Shown here piece by piece: positions 7,782 to 15,725 of a DNA stretch of 64,000 nucleotides. The notes beneath the pieces are model-generated. The model saw only the letters and a list, made by a program, of their open reading frames with translations, had not been told where the DNA came from and did not search any database. Location of the stretch: contig JAAHHL010000032.1 in assembly GCA_010672185.1 (NCBI GenBank), positions 5,937 through 69,936 on the forward strand, written 5' to 3'. The stretch's first letter is position 1. Every line of letters begins with the position of its first letter. The position numbers and the translations under genes were made by a program. This DNA comes from Caldora sp. SIO3E6 (GTDB lineage Bacteria; Cyanobacteriota; Cyanobacteriia; Cyanobacteriales; Coleofasciculaceae).

Positions 7782-9221
7782 TCAGGTAAGTAACAATGGA
7801 TTGATAAGTGCTAGTTGCCTTGCCTCTTCAATATAAGCAAAAGCCACAGCCCATGCCATCACACTATCATCATGCCCGGTAATCGCTTCCCTGGAATATG
7901 AGCTAAAACTCCTCAGCTCATCAATCCCGTCCCAATCTGGAGGGAACTGAATTAAGCCTTCTTCCAATGCGATCGCAATCCTGTCGGTATTGATAATTTT
8001 AGAGTTCTTTGTGGTAGTCACAGCCTCAATCCGAACACCAGGGAAATGCTCAATAAGGCGTTCCTGGACTGTTCTACCACCTCCATTAGTTTCTACTGCC
8101 ACCAAAACAGGAGTGTACTTATCGACCAACTTACTGCATTGATTAATCGAAGAAGTAATTGATGCATTACTTTGTTTATACTCAGCAACCAGCTGGTAAG
8201 GGATATCAGAAATATCCCAAACTTGGCAGCTAAAAGCATCATCACCACCAAAGTTAGGGTCAATGCCGAATAGGTAAGACTTGGCAAACACAGGATCAGA
8301 CCATTCCCCATGAGCTGAAGCGGTAATAGCCTCTGCCTTAAATAGCCGTGATTCAGATTTCTTGACCCGCCAATTCCCATCCAGAAGTCTAGCCCGTTCC
8401 ACCACATCTTGAGCTTCGAGGTTGGCTAGGTAATGGGGGTCTTTTTCTAATAGGGCTGGGTTATCAGTGAGCTTTGCACTGATGAAGGTGAAGGATTTGG
8501 GGTTACTGTTGGGATATCTTGATCGCAAATCTTGGGCTGTATCTGCCCAAATTACCTCATCCGACTTCACTATAAACCAACGCAACACCCCAGAGCGCTC
8601 AGGGTAGGGGTAACCTTGGGGGTTTATCCACCAATCAATCAGCTCAGCCAGCCAGGATTCAGCATCAGGGTTGCAGGTAGCTCTCAACTGAGGTTTGATG
8701 CCGTGAGTTGACCTCATCCTGGTCATGAGGTAGAAGAACATTTTCTTAGAAAAGTGGGTCAGCTCATCGTAAGCAATTCTACTCACCTGTGCGCCCTGCC
8801 AGTTATAGATATTCTTCTCATGCTGTAGATGAGCAAACCTAACACTAGCACCCGTTGGGAACGTCCACCTCAACCATTTCTGATTGGATGTAGCACCCAG
8901 CGTTGGATACCAAATACCAGCTTCATCCCATAATCCCCCCTCATTGGTAATTTCTGGGGAAGTTCGGCGAAATATTACACCGCCATAGTGGGGATTCTCC
9001 AACAGTTCTGGTTTGGCAAAGTCGAGAAGTAGTGCCAGGGTTTTCCCGCTACCTGCACTGCCACCATAGATGGCAATGTCAGCATCACTATCCAGAAACT
9101 CCTGCTGCTTGGGTTGAGGGGTGGGAAATCCGCTATCAGTATCAGTTGGTTTCGGAGCTAGGAGAGAGTTTAGTTTGACCCGCGCTGCCATTTTGGGGGT
9201 TAATGACGGGAATTTCTCCAT
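7782..9221 (-). CDS. terL: Terminase large subunit
   Basis: 479 aa. Walker A (YGGSAGSGKT), a Walker B-like motif (RIAYDELTH), and a C-terminal RNaseH-like nuclease region (FGIDPNFGGDDAF ... HDDSVMAWA). Confidence 0.9.
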   Translation of the reverse strand: MEKFPSLTPKMAARVKLNSLLAPKPTDTDSGFPTPQPKQQEFLDSDADIAIYGGSAGSGKTLALLLDFAKPELLENPHYGGVIFRRTSPEITNEGGLWDEAGIWYPTLGATSNQKWLRWTFPTGASVRFAHLQHEKNIYNWQGAQVSRIAYDELTHFSKKMFFYLMTRMRSTHGIKPQLRATCNPDAESWLAELIDWWINPQGYPYPERSGVLRWFIVKSDEVIWADTAQDLRSRYPNSNPKSFTFISAKLTDNPALLEKDPHYLANLEAQDVVERARLLDGNWRVKKSESRLFKAEAITASAHGEWSDPVFAKSYLFGIDPNFGGDDAFSCQVWDISDIPYQLVAEYKQSNASITSSINQCSKLVDKYTPVLVAVETNGGGRTVQERLIEHFPGVRIEAVTTTKNSKIINTDRIAIALEEGLIQFPPDWDGIDELRSFSSYSREAITGHDDSVMAWAVAFAYIEEARQLALINPLLLT

Positions 9222-9705
9222 CTGCTACTACCCTAAATCCATGTCTTTCAATAAATGCGATCGCAGCATTAATGTCATCCTCAATCGGTCGGGGAATTAC
9301 CCTCTCTATTGCCCACTTTGGCGCTGGACGGTGTTCTGTATGCTCCTCTGTAACTGTCTCCTCCTGATGCCATTTTAACTGAGGGGGCTGACCTTTCCTT
9401 CCTGGAACATAATGTTCAAGCCGTCTGGTTTTCTTAGTAGTCCACTTAATTGGTTGTCCGTTTTCAAGAGCATCAGTCAATTTTTGCAGCGCCAAACCCT
9501 TTTGGTACTTGGGACAGCGTTTTCGGAACTCTTCTCTTGCATGTACAACTGCGTCCCTAAATTCCGGTTTGTCCTCAATCCACTTATAAAAGGTTGTCTT
9601 CCCTATTCCCCCAGCCAACCAGCCAACCTCATCCCCTCCCTCTGTGGCTATCGCTTCACAAATGGTTTCGACAATTTCTTGGTTGTAACGCGATTTTCTA
9701 GGCAT
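9142..9705 (-). CDS. terS: Putative terminase small subunit (HTH)
   Basis: ATG at 9705 gives MPRKSRYNQEIVETICEAIATEGG...GIGKTTFYKWIEDKPEFRDAV, a typical TerS HTH N-terminus. Lies immediately upstream of, and overlapping, terL. Confidence 0.6.
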   Translation of the reverse strand: MPRKSRYNQEIVETICEAIATEGGDEVGWLAGGIGKTTFYKWIEDKPEFRDAVVHAREEFRKRCPKYQKGLALQKLTDALENGQPIKWTTKKTRRLEHYVPGRKGQPPQLKWHQEETVTEEHTEHRPAPKWAIERVIPRPIEDDINAAIAFIERHGFRVVADGEIPVINPQNGSAGQTKLSPSSETN

Positions 9706-9796
9706 AAGTGAACAAAATTCTTTCCTCAACCATAACGGATTGAGGGGGGAGTGGGGAAGGGAGATTCACTTCCCCAATTGTTGGGAAGTGGGGGAA

Positions 9797-10831
9797 TTAA
9801 TGCTTGAGCAACACCTCCATTTGGCAATTCCAATATTTGTACTGCTCCACCAAGCTTTTCTCTAAAGCTTGGTAGCACCCTGACTCCCGGCTCCAGATAT
9901 TTCGAGCACCATCGCTCCAAACAGCCTTGCAGTGCTTTGCCACTTCCATAGCATAATTGGCATCAAGGCTAATCACATCCATCTGAGGATAAAGCAGAAC
10001 CTGCCTTATTGGGGAGCCTCCTAGCAAGTGTACAAGTCTGCCTTCAAACCGCTCAGGAACAAGGTTGGTAGAACCGTGCCCCGACGGAACACTGTAGCCA
10101 AGCCAGTACTGTGATGGGAGTTCCGCATCGCACTTTGGGATTAAAAGCACACGCCCTGCATATTGAGCCAGTTCAGCTGCCTGCTCCAGAATCTCTGGCA
10201 ACTGCTCAGGGGATTCTATATCCCTTGCTGTAGCAAGCAGCGGCTTATTTTGGCGCACCATCTCTAGGTGCTTGGGGTGCTTGTAATTTTTCCATTTATT
10301 GTCAACCATCGCCATGTGGCAATGAGCTTTCACTTTGCCGCTGCTATTGATGCCAAGCCTCCAGCCAGATGTAGAAGCGATCGCATCGTACCGGCTCTTT
10401 CCTCCGCCTCCGCAATAGAAGAGCAACGGCAGTTTGATTTTGTACTCCCAGCAGTTGAGCGGGCGCTTTTTGCCAGGATCTGTGCCGATCAATTTAAATC
10501 CTAAGCGCTCATAAAAGCTATTGGCTTTTAGATCCACAGGGCACTTGACAAAGATGCGATTGCACCCAGCTTCTATAGAGGAGCAAAGCACCCGGTAAAA
10601 CAGCAACCTCCCCCATCCCAAGCCCTGGCACTCTGGCACTACCGCTATTGAATAGATTGTAGTTTGCCCATCCCTACGGTGGTGGAAATGAGCAAATCCT
10701 ATATCCTTCAATACTTCCAAGCATCCAGAGGCGGCAGACTTTTCCAGTGCCCAAATATTTACAAAGCCCAATTCCTTAGAGAACCTTGAAGCGATACGCT
10801 TAGCTTCAATTGGTATAGGGTTCGGTAGCAA
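9797..10831 (-). CDS. GNAT acetyltransferase domain fused to a TGT/DpdA-like TIM-barrel-like domain
   Basis: N-terminal GNAT acetyl-CoA motif (VVPECQGLGWGRLLFYRV). The C-terminal half has a motif series reminiscent of tRNA-guanine transglycosylases (YWLGYSVPSGHG; HLLGGSP; VISLDANY). TTG start in the ORF track. Confidence 0.55.
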   Translation of the reverse strand: MLPNPIPIEAKRIASRFSKELGFVNIWALEKSAASGCLEVLKDIGFAHFHHRRDGQTTIYSIAVVPECQGLGWGRLLFYRVLCSSIEAGCNRIFVKCPVDLKANSFYERLGFKLIGTDPGKKRPLNCWEYKIKLPLLFYCGGGGKSRYDAIASTSGWRLGINSSGKVKAHCHMAMVDNKWKNYKHPKHLEMVRQNKPLLATARDIESPEQLPEILEQAAELAQYAGRVLLIPKCDAELPSQYWLGYSVPSGHGSTNLVPERFEGRLVHLLGGSPIRQVLLYPQMDVISLDANYAMEVAKHCKAVWSDGARNIWSRESGCYQALEKSLVEQYKYWNCQMEVLLKH

Positions 10832-10857
10832 GGGAATTTGGGGGATATCCCCTTGCT

Positions 10858-13800
10858 CTAACCCTTTCCCACCAGTACCGTATTTGATGTTGATTTACCG
10901 TTTTTGGTAAAAGTCAGACATTGTAAATCGACCAAGCGTTGCTCAATGCGATCACGAACTTCCACCAGTTGCTCAGCACTCATCTGGTCAATGTTGGTGA
11001 GGAAGCCAATCACATAATCGGTCACTTGGATTTCCGGCTTAATCCACAAGCACTCCATCGTATCTTTACCACTAGTCGCTCTGGAGGTCGTCTCTTTCCG
11101 ATGCCACCCTTTTAGAAGAGAAGCATACTTACTGCTTGGATAGCCCGAAATAATTGCCTTCCCCTTAATTGACCCCAGGAGTTCAATCAATTTAGAGTGC
11201 TGCTCAATCGAATATTCGTATTCGTATGGGGTGTGAGAATTCCGAGTAGATTGAAGATAGGGGGGGTCGCAATAGAAAAAGGTGTCAGGACTATCGAATC
11301 TCTTGATAATTTCCAAAGCATCCAGCTGGTAAATTTGGATATCCTTAATCCTGGATGCGATCGCCTGTAAGTGTGAGTGGTCATTATTTTCTGGCTTGTC
11401 AAGTGACTTTGAACTATAGCCTGATGCCCAACCTGTCCCACCTCCTGCGAAACTAATGCGACATTGGACGTAGAACCTCAGTGCTGATTCAATCGGGTCA
11501 TCTGATGCAACTTTAGCCCACTCTACAGTTTCCTCGTTGAAAGTGAGCGCTTCAATGAGGCGAATGAGTTCATCCGAATTGTCCTTGAGTTGCTGCCAAA
11601 AGTTAACGGCTTCTGGGTGGATATCGTTGTAGACTTCGACTTCTGACGGGGATTTTAAGATGCCTACACTATACATTCCCCCAAATGGCTCGACATAAAT
11701 CTTGTGTTCTGGGAAATGAGAAGCGATCCATTTCCCAATTCGCCATTTCCCCCCATACCAACGGTTAGCTGGTCGGTTGATTTTAAAAGCATCCCCATTG
11801 CCATTATTCCCAGTATGTTCAAGAGAGGACATAGAGGACATAACTGTTCGTTTTACCTTTATCCCCCTTGATTCCAAGGATTGGAGATATTTGGGTAGCG
11901 CGATAGTGTAGCTGTATTCGCGCTGTGTCATTTTTTCTCGATATTCTTCCTCCCATGTTTTGCGATCGCGAGGACCTGCTAACCCATCCCAGGCTGCTGA
12001 ATCAAAACTCATAATCTGAGAAGCTTTGAGAATAGGAGCAGCATCAAGCTTCACCCCCCACAGGTGAAACTCGAAATCTGGCAGCACTGTTGATACAGCC
12101 TCAACCACTTCCTTAATTTGCTGATTACTGGCACGAGCACACAATGTGCCAATCCCTACCTTCCATCCTTCACCATAGTGCTGCTTCATTTGCTCTATCA
12201 GGGGTTTGAGCTGCTGGGCATGGTGGACGTAATCTTCGGTGTCCCATCCCTGAACGGTTGGAACCCACTGCCAAGGACAATCCCGGTATTTTTCCCAAAA
12301 ATGCCAAGCTAACTTAGTAGTCTGCTTTTGGCGGTGGCGAATTTTGCGGCGATCGCCTCCTGTAATGGGAGGCTCACAGCAATAATCCATTGTTGCTACC
12401 CATTCGGGATTCCAAGATTCCAGCCATTCCACATACTGAGATGGAGTGTAAGGATACCTTCCTCCCCAATCAGTGGCAGCAACATATCCCCCAGAGTCTG
12501 CCGCTGTCCTTGCACCCTCAGGGAACTGGGGAGACCGGGGAAATGATTTGTTTTTGGCGCGGCTGCGATTCCAGAAACTAGATGCTGGAAATAGGTAACA
12601 GAGGTCGGGGGGCATCAAGTCAGGGCGTTCATGAGAAGCCGCAACAGTTACCCAAAATTCTTTAACAATTTTTTCTGAGTCTTGATCATTTGAGAGTACT
12701 TTCCCAGTCTCCCCAATTTCGGAGTCCCCTTTCCCAATATTCCCAACCTGCATCGTGGCAGTAGTGCCGTGTTTGGTGATGTAAGTGCGGGTTTTTAAAT
12801 TATTATCACCCCCCTCACTGATAATATTATCAGTGAGCTTTTTCCTAAGTCCCGAAACAAAGGGTTGAGTAACCTTGCACTGACGGGCTATTTCCCTGTC
12901 ACTCCACTTACTCCACTCCTGATCTCTGAGGAGCATCATCACAGCACGGCGCTTATCTGCACGGCTACGAGGCTTAGCTGCTTTATGATCAGCGTTGGCG
13001 GCAGCAGCGTATAATACGGCATCGCGGCGGGTTCCCTGGTGAATGATTACCGGAATATCCTCAATCCCTAATTCTTCATAAGCCTTGCAACGGTGGAAAC
13101 CGTCAGCTAACCAGTCGTTTTCCCCGTCATAGAAAACGTCAGCCGGATCTAGTTCAGCGCCTTCTTCTATCGCCTCTTTTAAAGTAGCAACGTGGCTCAA
13201 GTCCAGTTTCTCACGAGGTTGAGTCCCGCCGTCACGGCGGATTTGTGCAATGGGGAGAGAGGTAGGAGTTGGGGACGGGGAGACACGGGGACACGAGGAC
13301 ACGGGGACAGGGAGACGGGGGGACGAGGGAGCACCATTTAAAGCATGATTGCCATTTCCTTGGATAGCTTCCATCGCTTCATCAAGAGCCTTCTTTGATG
13401 CACTCTTTGCAGATTCGGAGGGCTGGCAGACTTCTACTTCCCCTTCATCCTTATAAACACAATCCCAAACCCCAAATTCCTCTCTTCCATCCTCAAACTC
13501 TATAAAAGGGTGCAACGCTGTTCCGCTTATGGGGCGAAAATCAATGAGCTTCCCTCTTTTAATAAGTGAGGTGTTCCTGTTTTTCAATCCCCATTCTGGT
13601 TTGTTCAGATCCTGAACAACTCTGTCCCCTGGAGCAAAAGGTATAACAGCGAACCTAACCACCCACAACGGTTGTGTGGTATCAAAATTTCCAAAAAACT
13701 TATCAATAAATTCCTGCTTTGATAGCTCCGGATATCCTTCTAATGCTACCTCCGACTCTGGCATATCCTCTAATTTCTCCTGATAAGGCTCCGCAGTTAG

Positions 13801-15246
13801 CCGTAGGATAGCAATCTTTTTCCCACCATTCCGAGGTGATTTGTCGTAAGCATCTACCAGCTTCCCTTCTCGAAAAGATTTGATGAACTGCTTGGCATGG
13901 CGCTCTTTCCAGTTCCTTCGAGTCACAGTTTTTTGATGAAGGCGATCCGCTGTGTAGCCAAAGCTCAGTATCATTTCCTCTTCTTCTTCTAATTTTTGCA
14001 GTTGATCAACAGAAGTTGGTGTAATCTGTCCAATTTGCTTGAGAAATAGCTCTACAAATTTGGGGGGAACTGAATACCCCAAAATTGAACCTGCTACCCC
14101 GACTTCTTCTGGAAACTCGTACCAATCCGGAAAGGATTGCAGTCTGCGCACGCATTCAATAGTGACCTGTTTTACCTGGCCAGACGCTCCTACGTCGCTA
14201 CCGTTGACGCTATCAGGGAGCCAGATGTCGGCAAATTTAGAGCGATTACAACCTTTTCCATCAGTGAAGTGCGATCGCAAGATTGTGTTCGCAGGTCTGG
14301 AACTAGGTATTGCTGCATACCTACTGCGGCCACCAACGCGCTCAATTAGCAGTGGTGAAGGTTCACCACTTTCTAAAAATTTATCAACTGACCGCTGTTG
14401 CCCTTTTAGCAATTCAGAATCAGGCAAGCTAGGAATTAAATCTTTAATCGTTTCGTACCAGCTAATTTTTGCAGATTTTTCTGGCACTTCCAAGCTCGAT
14501 TGGTCATCCCGTGATGCCCAGGCAATAAATCTTTTCCGTGCCTGGGGAACACCGTAATCACTCAAATCTACAATGGTGGATTTGAGATTGTAACCAAAAG
14601 ACGAGATAACAAACTCAATTTGCCTCCAGCTTTGAGATTTTTGATAAGCTGGCACATTTTCCAAGACAAAGTGCTTGGGCTTAATTTTCTTGATACAAGC
14701 TACTACTGCTTTCGCCGCTGCCACATCATCATCTTGCTCAGTGCCACCTTTCTTGGCAACACTGAAGTTGGAGCACATTGGAGATGCCCAGAGGATATCT
14801 GGCTCTTGGGGAAAATCAGGGAAATCCTCTGCTGCCAGTTCCTGTATTGTGCGCCTAAATACCTTGCAGTTTGGGAAGTTTTTCTCATGGGCTACAGACA
14901 TTGCCTCGCTTAGTTCTGGTTTATCTGGATTGAATTCCACTGACAACAGTGGCTCAATCCCAGCTTCAACTAAGCCAGCTTCAACACCACCGCCACCGGA
15001 GAACAATACTACCGCCGTCGCTTTTTTTTCGACTTTCAATATTGAATCCATTGAATATGGAAGGACACCATACCCCGCCTCGTGTACCCAGAATTGAGGC
15101 ATTCCTCCAGGAGAAAAAAACTTCTCGGTAATGATGCCAATTTTTCCATTCTTCATGGTGGCAATCATTCCCACTTCTGCTGAGTCGTAAAGTTCTTGAG
15201 AATGTTGCTTGTCTACTGTTGTTTTGGTCTTTTTGCGTCGTGCCAT
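10858..15246 (-). CDS. Giant multi-domain DNA-modification protein: C5-cytosine MTase, ASCH, ParB-like N-domain/HTH, TGT (DpdA-like), Dam-type N6-adenine MTase
   Basis: The first ATG is at 15246; the ORF-track start at 15252 is TTG.
- C5-MTase motifs: LFSGGGG, SPMCSNFS, LENV, QARKR, GYSVPP.
- ASCH: HQKTVTRRNW...
- ParB/Srx: WLADGFHR.
- TGT-like: ADSGGY, MDY, VQGW, GIGTLC, HLWGVK, SFDSAAW.
- Dam (D12): RWYGGK, EPFGGMYS, FYCDPPY. Confidence 0.85.
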   Translation of the reverse strand: MARRKKTKTTVDKQHSQELYDSAEVGMIATMKNGKIGIITEKFFSPGGMPQFWVHEAGYGVLPYSMDSILKVEKKATAVVLFSGGGGVEAGLVEAGIEPLLSVEFNPDKPELSEAMSVAHEKNFPNCKVFRRTIQELAAEDFPDFPQEPDILWASPMCSNFSVAKKGGTEQDDDVAAAKAVVACIKKIKPKHFVLENVPAYQKSQSWRQIEFVISSFGYNLKSTIVDLSDYGVPQARKRFIAWASRDDQSSLEVPEKSAKISWYETIKDLIPSLPDSELLKGQQRSVDKFLESGEPSPLLIERVGGRSRYAAIPSSRPANTILRSHFTDGKGCNRSKFADIWLPDSVNGSDVGASGQVKQVTIECVRRLQSFPDWYEFPEEVGVAGSILGYSVPPKFVELFLKQIGQITPTSVDQLQKLEEEEEMILSFGYTADRLHQKTVTRRNWKERHAKQFIKSFREGKLVDAYDKSPRNGGKKIAILRLTAEPYQEKLEDMPESEVALEGYPELSKQEFIDKFFGNFDTTQPLWVVRFAVIPFAPGDRVVQDLNKPEWGLKNRNTSLIKRGKLIDFRPISGTALHPFIEFEDGREEFGVWDCVYKDEGEVEVCQPSESAKSASKKALDEAMEAIQGNGNHALNGAPSSPRLPVPVSSCPRVSPSPTPTSLPIAQIRRDGGTQPREKLDLSHVATLKEAIEEGAELDPADVFYDGENDWLADGFHRCKAYEELGIEDIPVIIHQGTRRDAVLYAAAANADHKAAKPRSRADKRRAVMMLLRDQEWSKWSDREIARQCKVTQPFVSGLRKKLTDNIISEGGDNNLKTRTYITKHGTTATMQVGNIGKGDSEIGETGKVLSNDQDSEKIVKEFWVTVAASHERPDLMPPDLCYLFPASSFWNRSRAKNKSFPRSPQFPEGARTAADSGGYVAATDWGGRYPYTPSQYVEWLESWNPEWVATMDYCCEPPITGGDRRKIRHRQKQTTKLAWHFWEKYRDCPWQWVPTVQGWDTEDYVHHAQQLKPLIEQMKQHYGEGWKVGIGTLCARASNQQIKEVVEAVSTVLPDFEFHLWGVKLDAAPILKASQIMSFDSAAWDGLAGPRDRKTWEEEYREKMTQREYSYTIALPKYLQSLESRGIKVKRTVMSSMSSLEHTGNNGNGDAFKINRPANRWYGGKWRIGKWIASHFPEHKIYVEPFGGMYSVGILKSPSEVEVYNDIHPEAVNFWQQLKDNSDELIRLIEALTFNEETVEWAKVASDDPIESALRFYVQCRISFAGGGTGWASGYSSKSLDKPENNDHSHLQAIASRIKDIQIYQLDALEIIKRFDSPDTFFYCDPPYLQSTRNSHTPYEYEYSIEQHSKLIELLGSIKGKAIISGYPSSKYASLLKGWHRKETTSRATSGKDTMECLWIKPEIQVTDYVIGFLTNIDQMSAEQLVEVRDRIEQRLVDLQCLTFTKNGKSTSNTVLVGKG
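13271..13329 (+). repeat. G-run-rich low-complexity tract (degenerate GGGGACAC-like octamers) encoding the Pro/Ser linker on the opposite strand
   Basis: Seven runs of three or more G on the plus strand within 59 nt. It meets the canonical G3+N1-7 x4 quadruplex motif at 13303-13329. Confidence 0.6.
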
Positions 15247-15248
15247 TT

Positions 15249-15680
15249 TCAATTTCCAAATAACTTTAACTGTCCGGAGTTCTCTAACTGCTGCTGTTTC
15301 TTTCTAAATCTCGTTGAGGCAGCTTTCTTAGCGTGTTCGGTAGCGTCGTAGCGTAGGTGACACACGCTACACAATGCTTTTAAATTGTTGCGATCGCAAT
15401 TAGATGGATCGTGGTCAAGGTGGGCTACTGTAAGAACAAAGCGCCTATATTTTGGCAACTCACAGCCCAACTCTTCCTCGTATTCAAATAATTCCGACCA
15501 CCATTTGTCTTCTCCAAAATGCACGGCATTGCCATTAAGTTGCTCAGCAAACTCATCCCAGCTTTGTGATGGTCTTTTGCAGGGACGTTGGCATTCTTGG
15601 CAATGCCAATCTGCTGCCTCTTTTATCTCTAGTGCTATCGATTCCCAATTCTTGGGATATAGCTTGCGATTCATTGGCAT
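15249..15680 (-). CDS. HNH endonuclease
   Basis: 143 aa. Contains CQECQRPC ... AHLDHDPSNCDRNNLKALCSVCHLRYD (HNH with a Zn-finger Cys pair). Confidence 0.85.
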   Translation of the reverse strand: MPMNRKLYPKNWESIALEIKEAADWHCQECQRPCKRPSQSWDEFAEQLNGNAVHFGEDKWWSELFEYEEELGCELPKYRRFVLTVAHLDHDPSNCDRNNLKALCSVCHLRYDATEHAKKAASTRFRKKQQQLENSGQLKLFGN

Positions 15681-15725
15681 CGTTTTTGAGTAAAATTATC
15701 GTATTTGGTGAAGTGGTGGTAAAAA

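Noticed and set aside
8093-8407. 104-aa alternative-frame ORF within terL; also 9726-9920 overlapping the GNAT gene and 9121-9378 and 9412-9711 antisense to terS
   Set aside because: They overlap confidently called genes and have no motifs.
14039-15131. Several plus-strand and alternative-frame ORFs (60-172 aa) inside the giant modification gene, with similar ones at 11187-11441 and 12118-12581
   Set aside because: They are nested in or antisense to a 4.4-kb ORF that has ordered methyltransferase, ParB and TGT motifs. No independent signals support them.
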